This document shows positions 13,501-27,191 of a stretch of DNA of 64,000 nt, piece after piece. This stretch comes from Cenococcum geophilum (taxonomy: Eukaryota), in assembly GCA_050273025.1 (NCBI GenBank), contig CP158635.1:25110001-25174000 (forward strand), given 5' to 3'. The position numbers and the translations under genes were made by a program. Positions within the stretch are counted from its first letter, which is position 1. Each line of letters begins with the position of its first letter. The notes beneath the pieces are model-generated. The model ran no database searches and was not told the origin of the DNA. It saw only the letters and a program-made list of their open reading frames with translations.

Positions 13501-16500
13501 ATATCGACTTATAAGCCTGCGTTCCGTAGTCTCTCTAGGACCTTCTTAATATAAACTTAATGCTTAAGTTCGTCGTCCGAGTATATAAGAATATTGTCTA
13601 GGTATACTATGCAGAATTCGTTAAGGTAATTAAAAAGAACGTTATTTATATACCTTTAGTACGTAGCCAGTCCGTTTATTAGTCTAAAAGAAAGAACTTT
13701 ATACTTATAGAAACTATAGCGGGTACGGAATATTATTAAATCTTTAGATACAGGGTCTATCCTAATTTGGTAGAAAGCTTGGCGGATATTAAGTTTAGTA
13801 AAAATCTTTACCTAGCTTAGACGTGCAAGGGTCTCGTTAATTAAAGGAATAAGATACCGGTCCTTTTAAGTAATAGCGTTTAGCTTTTAATAGTTAATAT
13901 AAAAACGAAGGCCTCTATTAGGCTTTTTTACAAATAGGATAGGGGAAGTAAAAGGGGCTTAACTTAGCTCGATAAACCCTTTATCCAGGTTATTAATTAA
14001 GTACTACTTTATTACTTTTAGCTTATCCGTTAATTAATAGTAGAGGGGGCTATAGCCTAGCGAGTTATTGGCCTCTAATTAAATCTTATAATTATATATC
14101 CGGTAGAGGGGTAACTTATCTAAGGCCGCCTTTAAGAATATATCCTTATAGCCTATATAAATGGTAGAAAGGAGGCGTTTAACTAGTTCCTTATCGGTTT
14201 CCTCATCTAGCCTTTCCTCTCTATTATTAATAATTCGGTTAATCTTATATAGGCTTATTATAAAGACCTTATTGTCCTTCCGGTATATATTAAAGTAGAA
14301 CGCTACAGCGCTAATTGCGGTAATGTTTACGGTAGGGGGGTTAATTAACAATAGGGGCGTATGTAACTTTAGGGACTTTTAGGATACTAGCGTTATTATT
14401 ACTCCTTTTAGCTCCTATTACATCTTTTAAAGGTCATCCCTTATATCCTATTAATACGTTCTTTTCTATAACGGTTAGATCTGTGTAATTTAGACGTTAT
14501 CTATATTATTATCTGTCCCGCTTCCATATATAGAGTCCTCTTTAAACATAGCGCTTTGGGAGAGTATCTTTATTAGTACGGAGTTCTTTCCAGCTTCGCG
14601 GTAGGCGTCCTCTTAAGCAAAGGCTAGGTCACAGGCCCGGACATCCTACTAGTAGGTAGGGTTAGCCCTTACGGCTAGTGTCTTGTGGTTAGTTCGGATC
14701 TCCCTAATAAAGGAGGGCAACCTTAGTCTATCCTCCGGCTAGACGAACCGTCTTTTTTATATATTCAACTAAATATTAAAATAGGACATCTATTTTCGTC
14801 CAAGGATTATATTATAGGACCCTAGGTCTAGGATGCAAAAGGGGATGCTATATTAGCGTCGTCCGTTAAGAGCGATATGCAACTTTAAGATATAGGTAAT
14901 AGGCCGACCAGCTTAGCCGTTATAGCCCTTTACCTAGACAGGCTTCTCTAGTTAGATAGCTTCTGCATTTAGAAACTTAGCAACATCATTCGCATAGGCA
15001 GTATTTATAAAGGCGAAGCCATTTACTCTAGTGTTAATAAGGGCGGTTATATTAACTCCATATTCATTTTAAGATACTATACATAGAACCGTAAAATACT
15101 TTCCACCTATTAACTAACTAAGATTAATCTCTTCGAGATCGATAGGGTACCCTAGGGGGGAGTCTTTCCCTAGGGTTCTTCTTTTCCCAACTTATCGGAC
15201 GTTTCTCCTTCCTCCATCTCCTTAATATCGCCTATATCCTTTAGCTCCAGGCAGGATAAGACAAAGTAACCTTACTTATCGCAGTTAAAGCACGTAGCCA
15301 AGGCAGGGTCGATTGGAGTATTACAGTGAATACTAGTTAATAGCGTAGTACGTAGCTAGTTAGGCGAGGCTTGCTAGTATATAGTTATAACCGCCTTTAG
15401 TATAAGAGCAGTTATAACTTATCTTCCTACTCTAGCTCCTATAGGTATAGCTAGCGAGTTCCAATTATTATGGAGTCGCTTCTGCTGATTAGGGCGGGCG
15501 TTAATCCGCTTTAGTTCTAAGTCTAATAATAGGCAATAAGCTGCGAGTCTTTCGTGGGTTAATAGGTTATCTAAGGTTACAGCGATCTTTTCTTATAGCC
15601 GGATTGTTAGCTTATCATACAGGTCTAATTAGTAGTTCTTAAGGGGAACCTAGCCTTCTCCTATAAGGTATAGGAATTAAGTCTAGAATTTAGCAAAGGG
15701 TTAGTTCGGTTTTATTATTAGGTAATTATAGTTATAACGGGCATCCCGTACTTTATTCGGGTTAATATAGATAGCCGCTAGGTGCCGTATTATCTTATTA
15801 ACAGATATAAATCGGATAGGGGAGTTATCCTTAAACTTGGCTTAAAGGTGCCGTTAGGCGTCCCCAGTGGTTTAACTAAAGAGGTAGAGTATTTTAGCTT
15901 CTTTGGAAAGGAAATAGTTATAGTTAACGCGGAGCTTTCCTTATACTTAAATCCTCTAATTCTTAAAGGTAGGGTTTATCCTGTTAGACAGTAGTAGGGG
16001 GTTAGGGAGCTTAACAGACTTTAATTACTTCGTTATTATATCTATACTCCCTAGTATATCACATTTAGTAGAGTAAATAGGTCGGCTAGGGCTTTATAAA
16101 GGGGAAGCTAGGCTATTTTATAGGGCCGTAAGGCTTTCTAGGATCTCTTATAGGGTCTCTTATATATTTCTTACTTTAAGACAATCGGCTTCCTAGCTGG
16201 CTACGAGGGCGCGAATCTGCTCGCGTATATCTATAATATTATTATTGTCTTTGATTTCTAATCCCAATTAGATCTTAGGTTCCTCTTAGGTAGAGGCAGC
16301 TCTCTTAGATAAGCTTGCTTTAGGTGCCATCGTTAGCTTCCTAAGGTTCGTCGGTATTATACGCTTTAGTTTTAATTTCAGGGGTACAGGTCCAGTCCTG
16401 TCTAGCTTATAAGGTAGGATATTATCTAGGCCTTCCTAGGCAATGTAGAGTTATTTTAGTGTCTAAGTATAGCGCGTTAATACGTTATTGCAGACGAAGT

Positions 16501-16772
16501 TTCTTTGGGGTGGGATATTATTAAGGCCTTCCCAGGCAAGGTAGGGAGAGCTTAGTATAATATCACGGCTTAAACAAATGCCTCTGAACCGAAGCTTGAA
16601 CGAATACTATATTACGAAGATACTAAGCTAAAGAAAAGGAAAAGGGGTCGCTAGGACCGATGTAAACAAATATGTAGGGTAAGCCGCCAAGGCGCTAGCT
16701 TTAGGCGGGCCAATCGCAGGTCGGCAGAATATGGCAGAATTTTAGCAGGTAACGTGCGATAGCGCCGTTACA
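10582..16772 (-). mobile_element. Full-length Ty3/Gypsy chromovirus LTR retrotransposon (RIPed)
   Basis: 212-bp LTRs at 10582-10793 and 16561-16772; TSD TAGAC; polypurine tract next to 10793; minus-strand gag with zinc knuckle, protease, RT (YLDDIL near 13590), RNase H, integrase and chromodomain (about 11160-11370). Confidence 0.96.
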
Positions 16773-17223
16773 TAGACCGTATCTCTAGGAATATTAGGCA
16801 GCTTTAGAAAGCTAAAAGCCTAAGCCAATAAATATTATCGTTATCACTAATAGAGAACTAAGTGATAACGTAGAGAGCCTAATTATCGCCGCTACTAAGA
16901 AGCTCGACAAATACAATGCCCTAGCGTAGTAAGTAGGTATCTAGTTTTTCTAAGTCGGCAAGGAGCCTAGCGCTAAGGACTATTTAAAGCAGCTTAATAA
17001 CGAGCTTGCGGATATTTCTAGAGAAGAAGACCTCCGCGACATTGTTAATACTATACCTTTTACTAGAGGCGAGGGTACGGAGCTTACCACTGACGGTATT
17101 TTAAAGGTAAGCTATCTATAAGACATACCTTAAAATATTACATATTGCTAATTCGGGCTTAGGTTGTTCTTAGTGTAGTAAATTAGCAATTAGATCGAGC
17201 GGTTAAAGGAATTACACCGTTAA
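16773..17223 (+). pseudogene. vWA domain protein, 3' part
   Basis: Resumes after the TSD: KPINIIVITDGEPSDDVE...QVGIQFFQVG...LDDEL...RDIVDT...ILK, intron, VVLGAVNR.LD. Confidence 0.85.
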
Positions 17224-17294
17224 GAATCTACTATACTAAAAAATTGCCATTCTTTTAATCTTTAGTTTTAAGTTTTACTAACACTCCTCTTATT

Positions 17295-17383
17295 AAATCC
17301 CTTTTCCTTCTCCTTAGCTTAGTATCTTTGTAATATAGCATTCGTTCAAGCTCAAGTCAAAGGCATTTATTTAAGCCGTAACA
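17295..17383. mobile_element. Partial LTR of the 10582 family, inverted
   Basis: Reverse complement of the first ~90 nt of the 10582 LTR; ends aagccgtaaca. Confidence 0.8.
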
Positions 17384-17779
17384 ATTACTATATTAATAAT
17401 ATTAGTAGGAGATTAGTTAAACTTTAAAGCTCTATAGAGCCCCATTTTTATAAAAATACTATGCTAAGGCTCTATATATTATATTTAATATTTAATATAT
17501 TTTCAATATAAGTGAGCGATTTAATATTAATATCAATACGACCTTATATCGATATTGAATATTAATAAAAACACTAAAGGTATAGTGGTGTAAAAATATG
17601 GCTTTAAATTATATCTATTGCTATAAAAGTTATAATCACAAACTTTTGATAACGTAGGACGCTAGCGGGTTAAGAGATATACTCTTTACATACTGCTATT
17701 CCCTTAGGTTATTAATAAGGGCCAGCCAATTAGATTAGATGAATTCGACGCCTATATACAAGACTAGTGGTATATATAA

Positions 17780-18620
17780 AATACCAAAACAACGCGTATA
17801 TCTATATAGGATTTATATTTTTAATTAGAGCAATAATTGGGATAACAGTGACTAGCAAAGTCATTGTAACTATATAGAAAAATGCGCCCATATAAAGCCC
17901 TGGAACATCTCCTCTCTCTTAAATAATACTAAATAGTAGGCTCTGCGTCTTTGCCAAAATATTATATAGGATTATAGTAGGTATAAGGAAGATAATAGAA
18001 ATAATAATGCCTAATAACACTCTTAGGGAGCTCTTTAAAGGCGACCCTAGGTTTTGGAAGTATTTTATTAGGCTGCATAGTCTGTCCTAAACAGTGGTAA
18101 TAAATATAATACCTATAATAAAGGAAAGCACCAAACCAATAATAAGAAAGTTGCTAAAGAATGAACCTTTTAAGATGTTTAGGGTTTGGTCCAATAATAA
18201 GATCTTCTACTTCTTTGCCTTTATAGACTATAACAATGAAATAGGCAATAAATCGGACAACTTTAGTAGAAGGTCCTTATAAGTCAGCCTATTATTAAAC
18301 CTAGTATAGTACCTACCTATACCTAGACTATAATTTAAAGGGATAGCGTCGCTTAAGGTAGTTAAGATTACAGTACTAATAGCCCCTATAGCACTCTAGG
18401 TAATGCTAGCGACTAGAGAAATTATAACGTTTATATTATTTATAAGGGATTTTAATTATTAAGATAGTAAAGCGAGGCCATCACCGTCTGGGATTAACAC
18501 TCGGCGTTGAGTAAACGAGATTTTTTTAAACTAGAGGCATTTTAAGTATTAAGAGCAAGTGGACGGATAAGACACTTACTTTAAATATGAAAATACCCTC
18601 CCCTAAGTTTTCCGGCTTTT
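17780..18620 (-). pseudogene. Probable multi-pass membrane protein relic
   Basis: Minus-strand frame with three hydrophobic segments (FLIIGLVLSFIIGIIFI, GIIISIIFLIPTIIL, GAFF..VTMTLLVTVIPII); family not identified. Confidence 0.4.
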
Positions 18621-19135
18621 AGAGCGTTTAGGTATATAATACTATATAAGTAATAAATGCAAGGAAGTAGGTAAACGATACAATTATAGGAATTAGAAAA
18701 GTTTTTAATAGTATAATAAATAGAGTGGTTAAGTAAACAAGGGCTTATTTACCTATAAATACTTAAGACCTCTTTACGCATTCTACTACATTCTACCCTC
18801 TATTTATAATATTATTAATAGTAGCTATAATATATACAAGTCAGATTAAGAAGCAAGGGGTAAAGTTAATACATTAAGATTATTCTCCTCTTAAAGCCAT
18901 TAATATGTAGGTGGAAAAGAAATATTGGAAAGGTTAAATAGGGATTATATATAGTAAGACCGAAGCAAACTCTTTAATTAACTTTCTTATTTTTATAATA
19001 GAACGGTCCGGCCTAAAATTAACTTATTCCACTATTAGTCTAAACAAAGCCATTTACTTTTACCCCTCCCTCTAAAAGTTCAACTAAGAAAAGGGATTTT
19101 TTAACCTTTACATCAATTTCAATAAAACCTCTCTT

Positions 19136-19893
19136 ATGTCGTTAAAGCACAGACTCCTACATAAAATGTTAATCCTTAATTTTCCCACTAAGCTACATTA
19201 CATGATATTTAAAGGCCTAGAAAAGGATTGCGATATTAATACTCTAGCCCGTACCAACCGTTACTTCTATAGTATTCTAAACGCTTACCTTTATAAACGC
19301 AATAAAAAATCAGCCCTTCTCTAGGCCGCGAAACTCGGGCGGAGTAATACGGCTAAGTTAGCTCTTCCATCTATAAAGGCCGCAAATCTCAGCATTCCGT
19401 TACTATAGGCTTTAAGTAAAGGCCACGTTTATATAGTTTGACTGCTTTTAGATTATAATGCGCCTATTAACATATTATAAGAATATAGCGATATACTCTC
19501 AGCGGCTTTATTAGGTAGCCACGCTGAAATAATAAAGCTCTTACTTTTACACGGTGCTAAAATAAATCCTATAAATAAAGTACTTACGCCACTAAATACA
19601 GCTATTCGCTACCGTAAAGAGGAAGTTATAGGGTTATTACTAAATGCTAGAGCTCGACCTCAGCCATTAACCTAAAGAGTAGCTATCTTTAGCCCTGTCA
19701 ACCGTAAAGTTATTCGGCTTTTAGTAAAGCATAGTGTTACCTTTAATGAAGATAACTTCGGTATACATAGGTTTGGGCTACAGCTCCCCCTGGGTAAGGA
19801 AGAGGCCATTATAAAATTACTGCGTTATAAATAGAGAAAACGGAAGAGTGGGTTACGCAAATTTCAAACTTTTCTACTTCTGCTAATACTTTA
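19136..19893 (+). pseudogene. F-box-like plus ankyrin-repeat protein
   Basis: ILDFPTELHYMIF...DINALARTNR.FY N-terminus, then ankyrin motifs ALLWAAK.G, PLLWAS.EGH...VRLLLD, AAS.GGH...KLLL.HGA, PLNTAI; RIP-type stops. Confidence 0.8.
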
Positions 19894-20079
19894 AGTTTTA
19901 AAACTCTATTGGAAGTTACGTCAAATATATAGGATTGGCGTCACCTTTTATACGTTTAGTGGCTAATATAAAGGGCTTTAAAATCATAACGAGCTGTTAA
20001 TTAGGATATTAAAGAATAAGGACTCTGTCTATTAAATGCGGCTCTAGGGCCTCTATATATATATAACTTCCGCCTAATC

Positions 20080-21906
20080 CTCTATGGTAAGAAAGTCCTA
20101 CATAAGGTCGTAGCTATCGTTAGTGGGCTTCCCCTAAGAAAGCAGCGCTCGGCGAAGTATAGAGTAGGTAGAGTTCTATTAAAGGGCTTTATAGGGCGAA
20201 GATTAAAGCGTTGGCGCCTCCGTTAAGGGGTTATTTATTTAGAACTATAGGAAGTCGCAAGCTTTTTAGCGAAATTAAACTACTCTACATCTGCTTAAAA
20301 TCGCCGTTAGACTTGCGAACGGTGCTATGCAGAACGCGGAAGATACTACTCCTAAGCATAATCTAGCGATATCCCCAGTTTCACCGATTTTAGACTGTTA
20401 AACCTCAAGTATTTAAAATCGTGGAGGTATGCTGCCATCGTTACCACGTTGCAATACACAGCTCTCCTAGATATAAAAGTGAGGTCTATCCCTATAGAAA
20501 TACGCATTAAAATCTTTAGTAAAAGCGCAGGTCTAGGCTTCGCTCCTCTGCTATTTAACGAGCTGCTTTCCTTAACCGGTCGGCTTTTTCGTCTTTAGGC
20601 AATGGCTTTTACGTGCGAACATCTAAACTATAGCAAAAAAAATATCGGGTTTAAAACTAGGTATTAGACGACGCGCTAATTGCGATCGTTGTCCTATTTC
20701 CTTTAAGGGTATAGACCAGGAGTATTTTGGCCATTTAACTTAACTGTATATATTAAGGCTTAACAGCCTATATTAATTTGATAAAGTTCTCCTTTTTAAT
20801 AGCTCTTTTCAATACTAGGCATTATTAAACGACCATATTAAGATTTATAAATAACGCTAATTATAATTTTGGTCACCAATGTAGAGGGAGAAAAAAGGAA
20901 CGGAAGAGTGGAGAAATAAAAGATGGATAAGTAGTTTACCTTTTTTTTAACTACCTCCTAGGATTTAAGGCTAGGCTAATAGTTATAAGTATAGGATTAC
21001 TAACAGCTATAAAGCATTTTTAATTAATCTAATTACTTTCTAAGTCATAAGTATATAAAGTTTAATTTAATATAAATAGCGGTAACCGGGCTGAAACTTA
21101 TTCTTAACCCTTTTTATATATCTAAAGCCTAGAAAAGCATTAAAAAATCTTCTAACTCCTTAGGCAAGGTAGCTACCTTTAAGTTCGCCATTTCTCCGTT
21201 CTTCTACCTACTTAGTAGCTAGTTTGTTAAAGATAGATTTTATTAAAGCAGTACTATGTTTAACGGTTTCATAATATAGCATTTTAAGTTCGCCGTCTTA
21301 TAGACGGCTATAAATTTTTACCCTCTCCTTTATTTCTAATAGGTCTATATCTATACGTAAGGCTAGATAGAATATAGGAGGGCCTTTTAGCTCTCTTTTA
21401 AAATAAAAAGTTAGTAGCCTTATTGGGAGGGATCGATCTCCAATAGTAGTAGCCTAGGTGAAAAATTTTCTTAAGCCAAATCGGAGGTAAAAATTCTACT
21501 AATATTCTCTATAGTGAACTATAAGACTCTTATTACGCATAGCTTAGCTAACTTGGCTAAGTATAGAACCAGTGACCTTATAAGGCCTTTCTGGAAGTTT
21601 AGCTTTATACGGCCATAATTGGTTAACAGAGATTAATAAGGTTTTATAGCAGAGATTAGGATTTAATGCGTTAATAAAAATCGAGGTTCCTTTATAGAGA
21701 TTCTTATATATCCGCTCTTGTATCTTAAGTAGTAACTTTCTAAAAAGCCCTAAGGAATTCTGTAGCTTTACTATAATATCTTTAGAGCTAAGTACTGAAG
21801 GTTTCACCTCTTTATAGGCTAGAGATCCAATATATCGTCTCTACTTTTTGCGTAAGTTTTAAGATAACGGCTGCTTTTACGCAGCTCGGTTTTGTTTAGG
21901 AGGCAT
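20080..21906 (-). pseudogene. F-box-like (2EXR/DUF7730-style N-terminus) gene relic, mosaic
   Basis: MPPKQNR start; LGLFRKLL.KIQERIY motif; shares blocks with 2020-2740, 38860-38960 and 45480-45590. Confidence 0.5.
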
Positions 21907-22249
21907 AGCTAATACTTAAGTAGTTAAAGGGAAACCATACATTTATAAGGAATTGGGGATAAAGATAGATTATAGTGGTTAAAAGAGCTATGTAGCCAGT
22001 TCATTTTATGTGTTTATCTATAACCCGTAACCACTAACTAATATAACTCTCTAGTCCTAACAGTGGCCTAGAGATTAAGATATAAAATTCCACTACGCAA
22101 ATAATAGGCAGATCTTGGTTTAAATCCCACCGTATAATATATACAAAATAAACACCTTAGCCCGCTACTAGGTATGCTATATTTAAGCTAGCACTTATCT
22201 ATAGTCCAATCTATCCACTATTCCTACTCTGTTTCTTAACCTATCTATA

Positions 22250-23517
22250 TTTATATAGCAGATAACGCGGCCTACTCTTAAGCAAGCTCATTTACTAGTC
22301 AAACGTATTGCTTATCGGTTAAGGAAACGCACTTATAGAGATAGATCGTCCGCTACTTAACCTATTATTATTAATGACTCTCCTAATATCTAAGTAGCTA
22401 GTTAGGACAGCGAAACGGTGGAATTCTTTCTCCTCTTTTTAGAGTATAAACAGTTCGCCATTACTCTAAATAGATCCGCAACAAGTAGGGACCTTTGGGA
22501 GTTTGCTGCAGTAACTTAGGGAGTAAACGCTAAAGGAATTCATCTTGGTTTTAAAAGTAGGGAATTAGTCGATAATAATATACCGCTTGTATTCTAAGGA
22601 ATAAGGCCGAAATTAATAATTGCCTGTTCGCTTAAGATGTATAAATGTGTTATTTATAGTAAATGTTGGCTACCTAGATTGGCTAACAATTGGAATAACA
22701 TAGAACTATAACCGCGAACCACTACTTATAAGACTTGCTTACGAAGCTAAATAGGTATATACCTTAACCGTAATAATTGGGATAAAATCCTATGTCCGGA
22801 AGATGGTGTCGGATAGACAGGTCATTTATTAAAACTCTATCTACTAAAGCTAGCTCTAAAAGCTCTCTAGCGTCTCCAGAATTTATACTAAACTATAATT
22901 CCTTAGGATTATATAGACTATCTACTTAGCTTTAGAGCTGTATAATCTTCGAAATATTCTCAATAATACATATAAATATAAAGAGGCCTCCGTAGGTACT
23001 GTTCCTATCCCCATCTTAATTAGTGCTGGCGATCCCTCTAGCGTATTATTAGGCTACGGGACGGGCTCTAACGAATTCCGTACAGTAGCCGGTTTCTTAT
23101 ACTTTTTATTACGGAGGTATTATACGTTTTGACGCCAAAACAGTCTTTTTATAGTTGCGATTATCCTAAGTATACTTAGTAATAAACTAAGAAGGGCATT
23201 AGGCAGCTTACAGTTTAGAATTTCTAAAGCTTTAAAGTCGACCGAAGCCGTTATCGGGCCAAAATTCTGCATGTTGTTTTTTAAAAAACCTATAAGCTAT
23301 ATATAAAAGTGCCTTTCAGTATTCGCTAAAGTGAGTCATCTAGGCTACTACTAAGAATGCTATCTGTTATTCTGTATTTCGTTCTAAAATACTTAGCAGC
23401 GCGTATAAAAGCTTTAGTGTTATTTTATAGAGTAGAGTTATCGAAGTTTAGAAGCCTACGCAGTTCCTTAATATTAGGTATATTACTTAGTATCTCCTCT
23501 TCGCCTAAAGAAGACAT
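22250..23517 (-). pseudogene. RIP-degraded gene of unknown function
   Basis: ATG at 23517 (MSSLGEEEI...), coding-like frame broken by TAA/TAG; weak resemblance by eye to 49950-50820. Confidence 0.35.
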
Positions 23518-24388
23518 TAAGAAGAGAATAAAATAATAGCGTTAAGGTAAAGAATTGGGGTTGACTTCTAATCCTACATTAGGGACAAAGGCTAATATAT
23601 ATTAGGGTGGCCAATTTTGGCTCCTAGGGGCCCTAAAGCCAGACACCCCTCAAACTAAGAATAACTTGCTCTGGGCCTAATGCTAATACTTTAGGCGGAG
23701 GCTACGGAAGTGGGTAATTATCTTATATATATAGGAAGGAGTAAAGGGACCAAAATTAGACACTATTGGTTAAGTTGTAATACCTATAAACGCTATATAG
23801 TCTTTCCTAGTAGTATTTATAGAGGGGCTTATAGTTGCATGTCTAGATAAGGTCTAACTAGCAGCCATTATACACTAAGTAAGCCTTTTCCTTTTCCTTA
23901 CAGCTTGACTTTTACTTAAAATATAGACTTTGGCCGATTAATTATAACTTCTACCTTAGTTAGAGGGAAATATTTAGGTCATTATAGACATATAAAGAGT
24001 AGATTAGCAGGAGCTAAGTTAATCTTAAGAATATAATAACCCAGAGGATACCTACTCTTCAAGACATACCACTTCCTCCGCTAATGTAAATGGCAATTTC
24101 GAGTACAGTTTTGAAGACAGTTCTAGTAAGTCATAGTCATAGATTAATAAACAACGAGTCCTTCTCGCTGGCTTGTAAGTTTCGGAGTGACGATCTTTAT
24201 TATAGCGAAAACTACTACTTTATTGACTTAATTAAAGATCCCTAGCTCCAGCTCCGTATTTAAGCGCTCCTATTTCCTCCCGTCGTATTGTGCTCTATAG
24301 CAATTTTTTAGGTTCTCTACCTAAGTCTAACACGACCCTAAATAACTGGGCATAATAGCTAAATAAGTTCTATAATTATAACGTCAAT

Positions 24389-24897
24389 ATGCATATATCC
24401 ATCATTATCCTCCCTATTATCTCCCTCCTTCCTTTCGCCACTACTACTACTACCGCCACCCCAATCATCTCTAATGCGGGTCCCAGCTGTACCATGCCCG
24501 GCCTTCTGCTGCTTGATGACTACAATACTGCCTTAAACAACATGTGCAACTAATGGTTCCCCTTTAGCATTAATAAATGCACCAAAGGGTCTTGCCTCGT
24601 TTATAATAACTAAACCTCTCTAGAGGTCAACCAAACAGTGCCAACTTATAATAACTAGACAGCTACGATAAGTTTCTAACTTTGGTTTAATAGGACCTCA
24701 CAAAGCAAGGATTTCTGTACTAATTGTTTCGCCTACACCACCTAGGAGCCGTTAACTCTCTATAAGATAAAAAACTAAACAGTTATTGCGGTATAAACTT
24801 AGGCTCAGCTTAATATTCCAGGATGTGCATTGCAAATATATATATAAGAGTGCTAAGAGCTAGCCTAATGCGACCTACCTATAATTTAAATCTTTAA
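24389..24897 (+). pseudogene. Small secreted cysteine-containing protein (effector-like), RIP-inactivated
   Basis: MHISIIILPIISLLPFA signal-like N-terminus; single frame with 7 surviving Cys; all internal stops are TAA/TAG. True stop position uncertain. Confidence 0.6.
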
Positions 24898-26011
24898 ATA
24901 GATTATATGACGTAAATTATAGCTATTTTATAGTAGACGATTTATAGAACTTGTGTAAACATTAATCTATAAAAAATAAGGCTATATATACACGGTAATA
25001 AGTTATAGGCACCCCTGCTAACCCTAATATAGTAATAATCTACACCTATTACTAACTGAGAGGCGTTGTCTACGGCGGCAATTATATATTACCGTCGTCA
25101 GCCTTTTGCTATCTATTTTATATATATAGAGGTCCTAGTACCATACAAAATAGACAGAGTTCTCATACTTAATTGTCCGGTTCGACATATTTTGCCCTAT
25201 TTAGCATCAATTACCTTACCTAACCACAATCGCATTAACCTATGGCGTCCCGTTGGCATACCTAATCTAAACATTCTAGCCGTAGTTGGAGTTATAGGAA
25301 CGGTTGCAGTTTTTTAGAGTCGAATAATCATTAATAAGGGTAGGACTTAGGCCCATAGCGATAGCTTATACAAATCTGTTTCCGTAGCAACTCCGCTTAT
25401 TAGTTCTAGATTAATATAGATATAGGGTAACTTGTCGTTATAAACGTAATAAGAACTATATAATAAATATAGACCGCTTTTCGTGCTTGCGACGGTTACT
25501 TATTATAAGTAATTTATTATAGCTCCTCGCCCAATAGGGGGAATATATAGAAATGGATAAAGCTAGTAGATTGATAACGGCTTGTAAGTAGATAACACTA
25601 TTTGCAGGTGGACGACACCGCATAAAGGTAGATAACACTTATCTCATAAATTAGACCCAGGGGAGAAATCCCACTACGGCGTAACGCTAAGGATCTAGTG
25701 CTACGCTTATAGACTCCTAAGCCAATGAAATCACTATACCCTAGTCCTGCAAAGTCCTAAACTAATTATATTACACTAAGAGCTATTTCTCCCTAAGAGT
25801 CTAAGAGCTTATATTCTTAACTGTTCTATTCTTAGAGCTAAAAGGCTATGCCTAATATATATACCACGGAAGTCTCGGAACCTTGCAATAAGCATAAGAT
25901 AATATTAAAAACCGAACGTTATCTATTCCCCAATCTAATAAACTCTATTAGCAAATATTAACATAAACCCAGTCTAGAAAATGTCCGCCCTAAAAAGAAA
26001 GGCGTTAGCGC

Positions 26012-26879
26012 CTAGAGAAAGGAAATCAAATATACAGTAATAGCACCTATAACCCACCAACTGGCAAATTCCAATGCCTGTTACTTTAGAGCTAGTAAAT
26101 CTAGACCGCCAGACGTAATGGTACCATTAGGCAGTGTGCCGTTAATAGCGATTATCCGCGTTCTATTTATAATTGAGATCGTAACAAGAGTCTTATTTAG
26201 CGCCGCGTAGTTGCTGTTTCTAACCAGATTATACAGATATATATTATCGCTGTTATTATCGCAGCCATAAATACTATATCGCTGGCATAAGCAATTAACA
26301 GAGAGGGTCTGGTTTATACTGTTTAGAAAAGTCGTATTTATAACCGTCTTGTTTATAAATATGTATAGATATATATAGGGGTACTAGTAAACGCCGTACA
26401 GCCATAAACTAGAGAAGATAGCAAGTGTAGCAATAGGGGGTATGAATAAGGGTGCGAGGCTAAGAGGAGAGCGCTAGCCAGCGGTATAAGGAACTGTTAC
26501 ACCTCTACTATAATAGCGGCCTCCGCTATAGGCGGGACGGACACCTAAGCCAGATACCGTCTCTCCCCTAGCATTTAAATTGGGTTTTAAGTTTAACACG
26601 CCGCCTCTAGACAATTTTCCTCCTCTACCTATTAAAGCGTTAGTAGAATCCTTTAAATATGCGATTAACCTAACTCTTAGCCCCACCTCCTCTACTACTT
26701 TTACTACCGCCCCCTTTCCGCTTTTCTCGCGCATTAGCAGGTAATAAAATACTATCACCTAGGATGTTTGTGGATAAGTAGGAGTTATAGGGACTTAACG
26801 CCTTTAGGTTATATATAGACACGGCATTAATAGTAGATAAAGTAGCAAATATATATACAAAGAGTGAGAATAACCTTAT
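26012..26879 (-). pseudogene. Conserved fungal secreted/membrane glycine-rich protein (DUF7732-like)
   Basis: Signal peptide, Gly-rich tract, RPAYGGGRYYGGGATVPYTAG.RSPLGL.P, GLWLYGVY.YPY, VNCLCQRYS.CGCDDN, INGTLPNGT and a hydrophobic C-terminus. Confidence 0.75.
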
Positions 26880-27191
26880 AGCGAGGAGCGTTACTTAAGA
26901 GATTTAGGAGACAAATCCTATAACTAAATAGGTTTTAGGATAAGTAACAGGAAAATCTAAGCAGGTGCAAATAAAGACAGTGACGACGTATAAATGCGTC
27001 GTGTTGGGGAAATAAGGCGGATTTAGGCAAATGAAATGAAGTTTATAAGGCTGATAAAGAGTTAGAGGCAAAGGGGGATTTATGTATAAAAACTAGTAGA
27101 TTGTAGCTAATAGATATCGGTGGATTATAGCGGATAGTCGTAGACAGTTTCACACAGTTCTAGATAGTTGCCGTCACGTGACCAGAGGATT

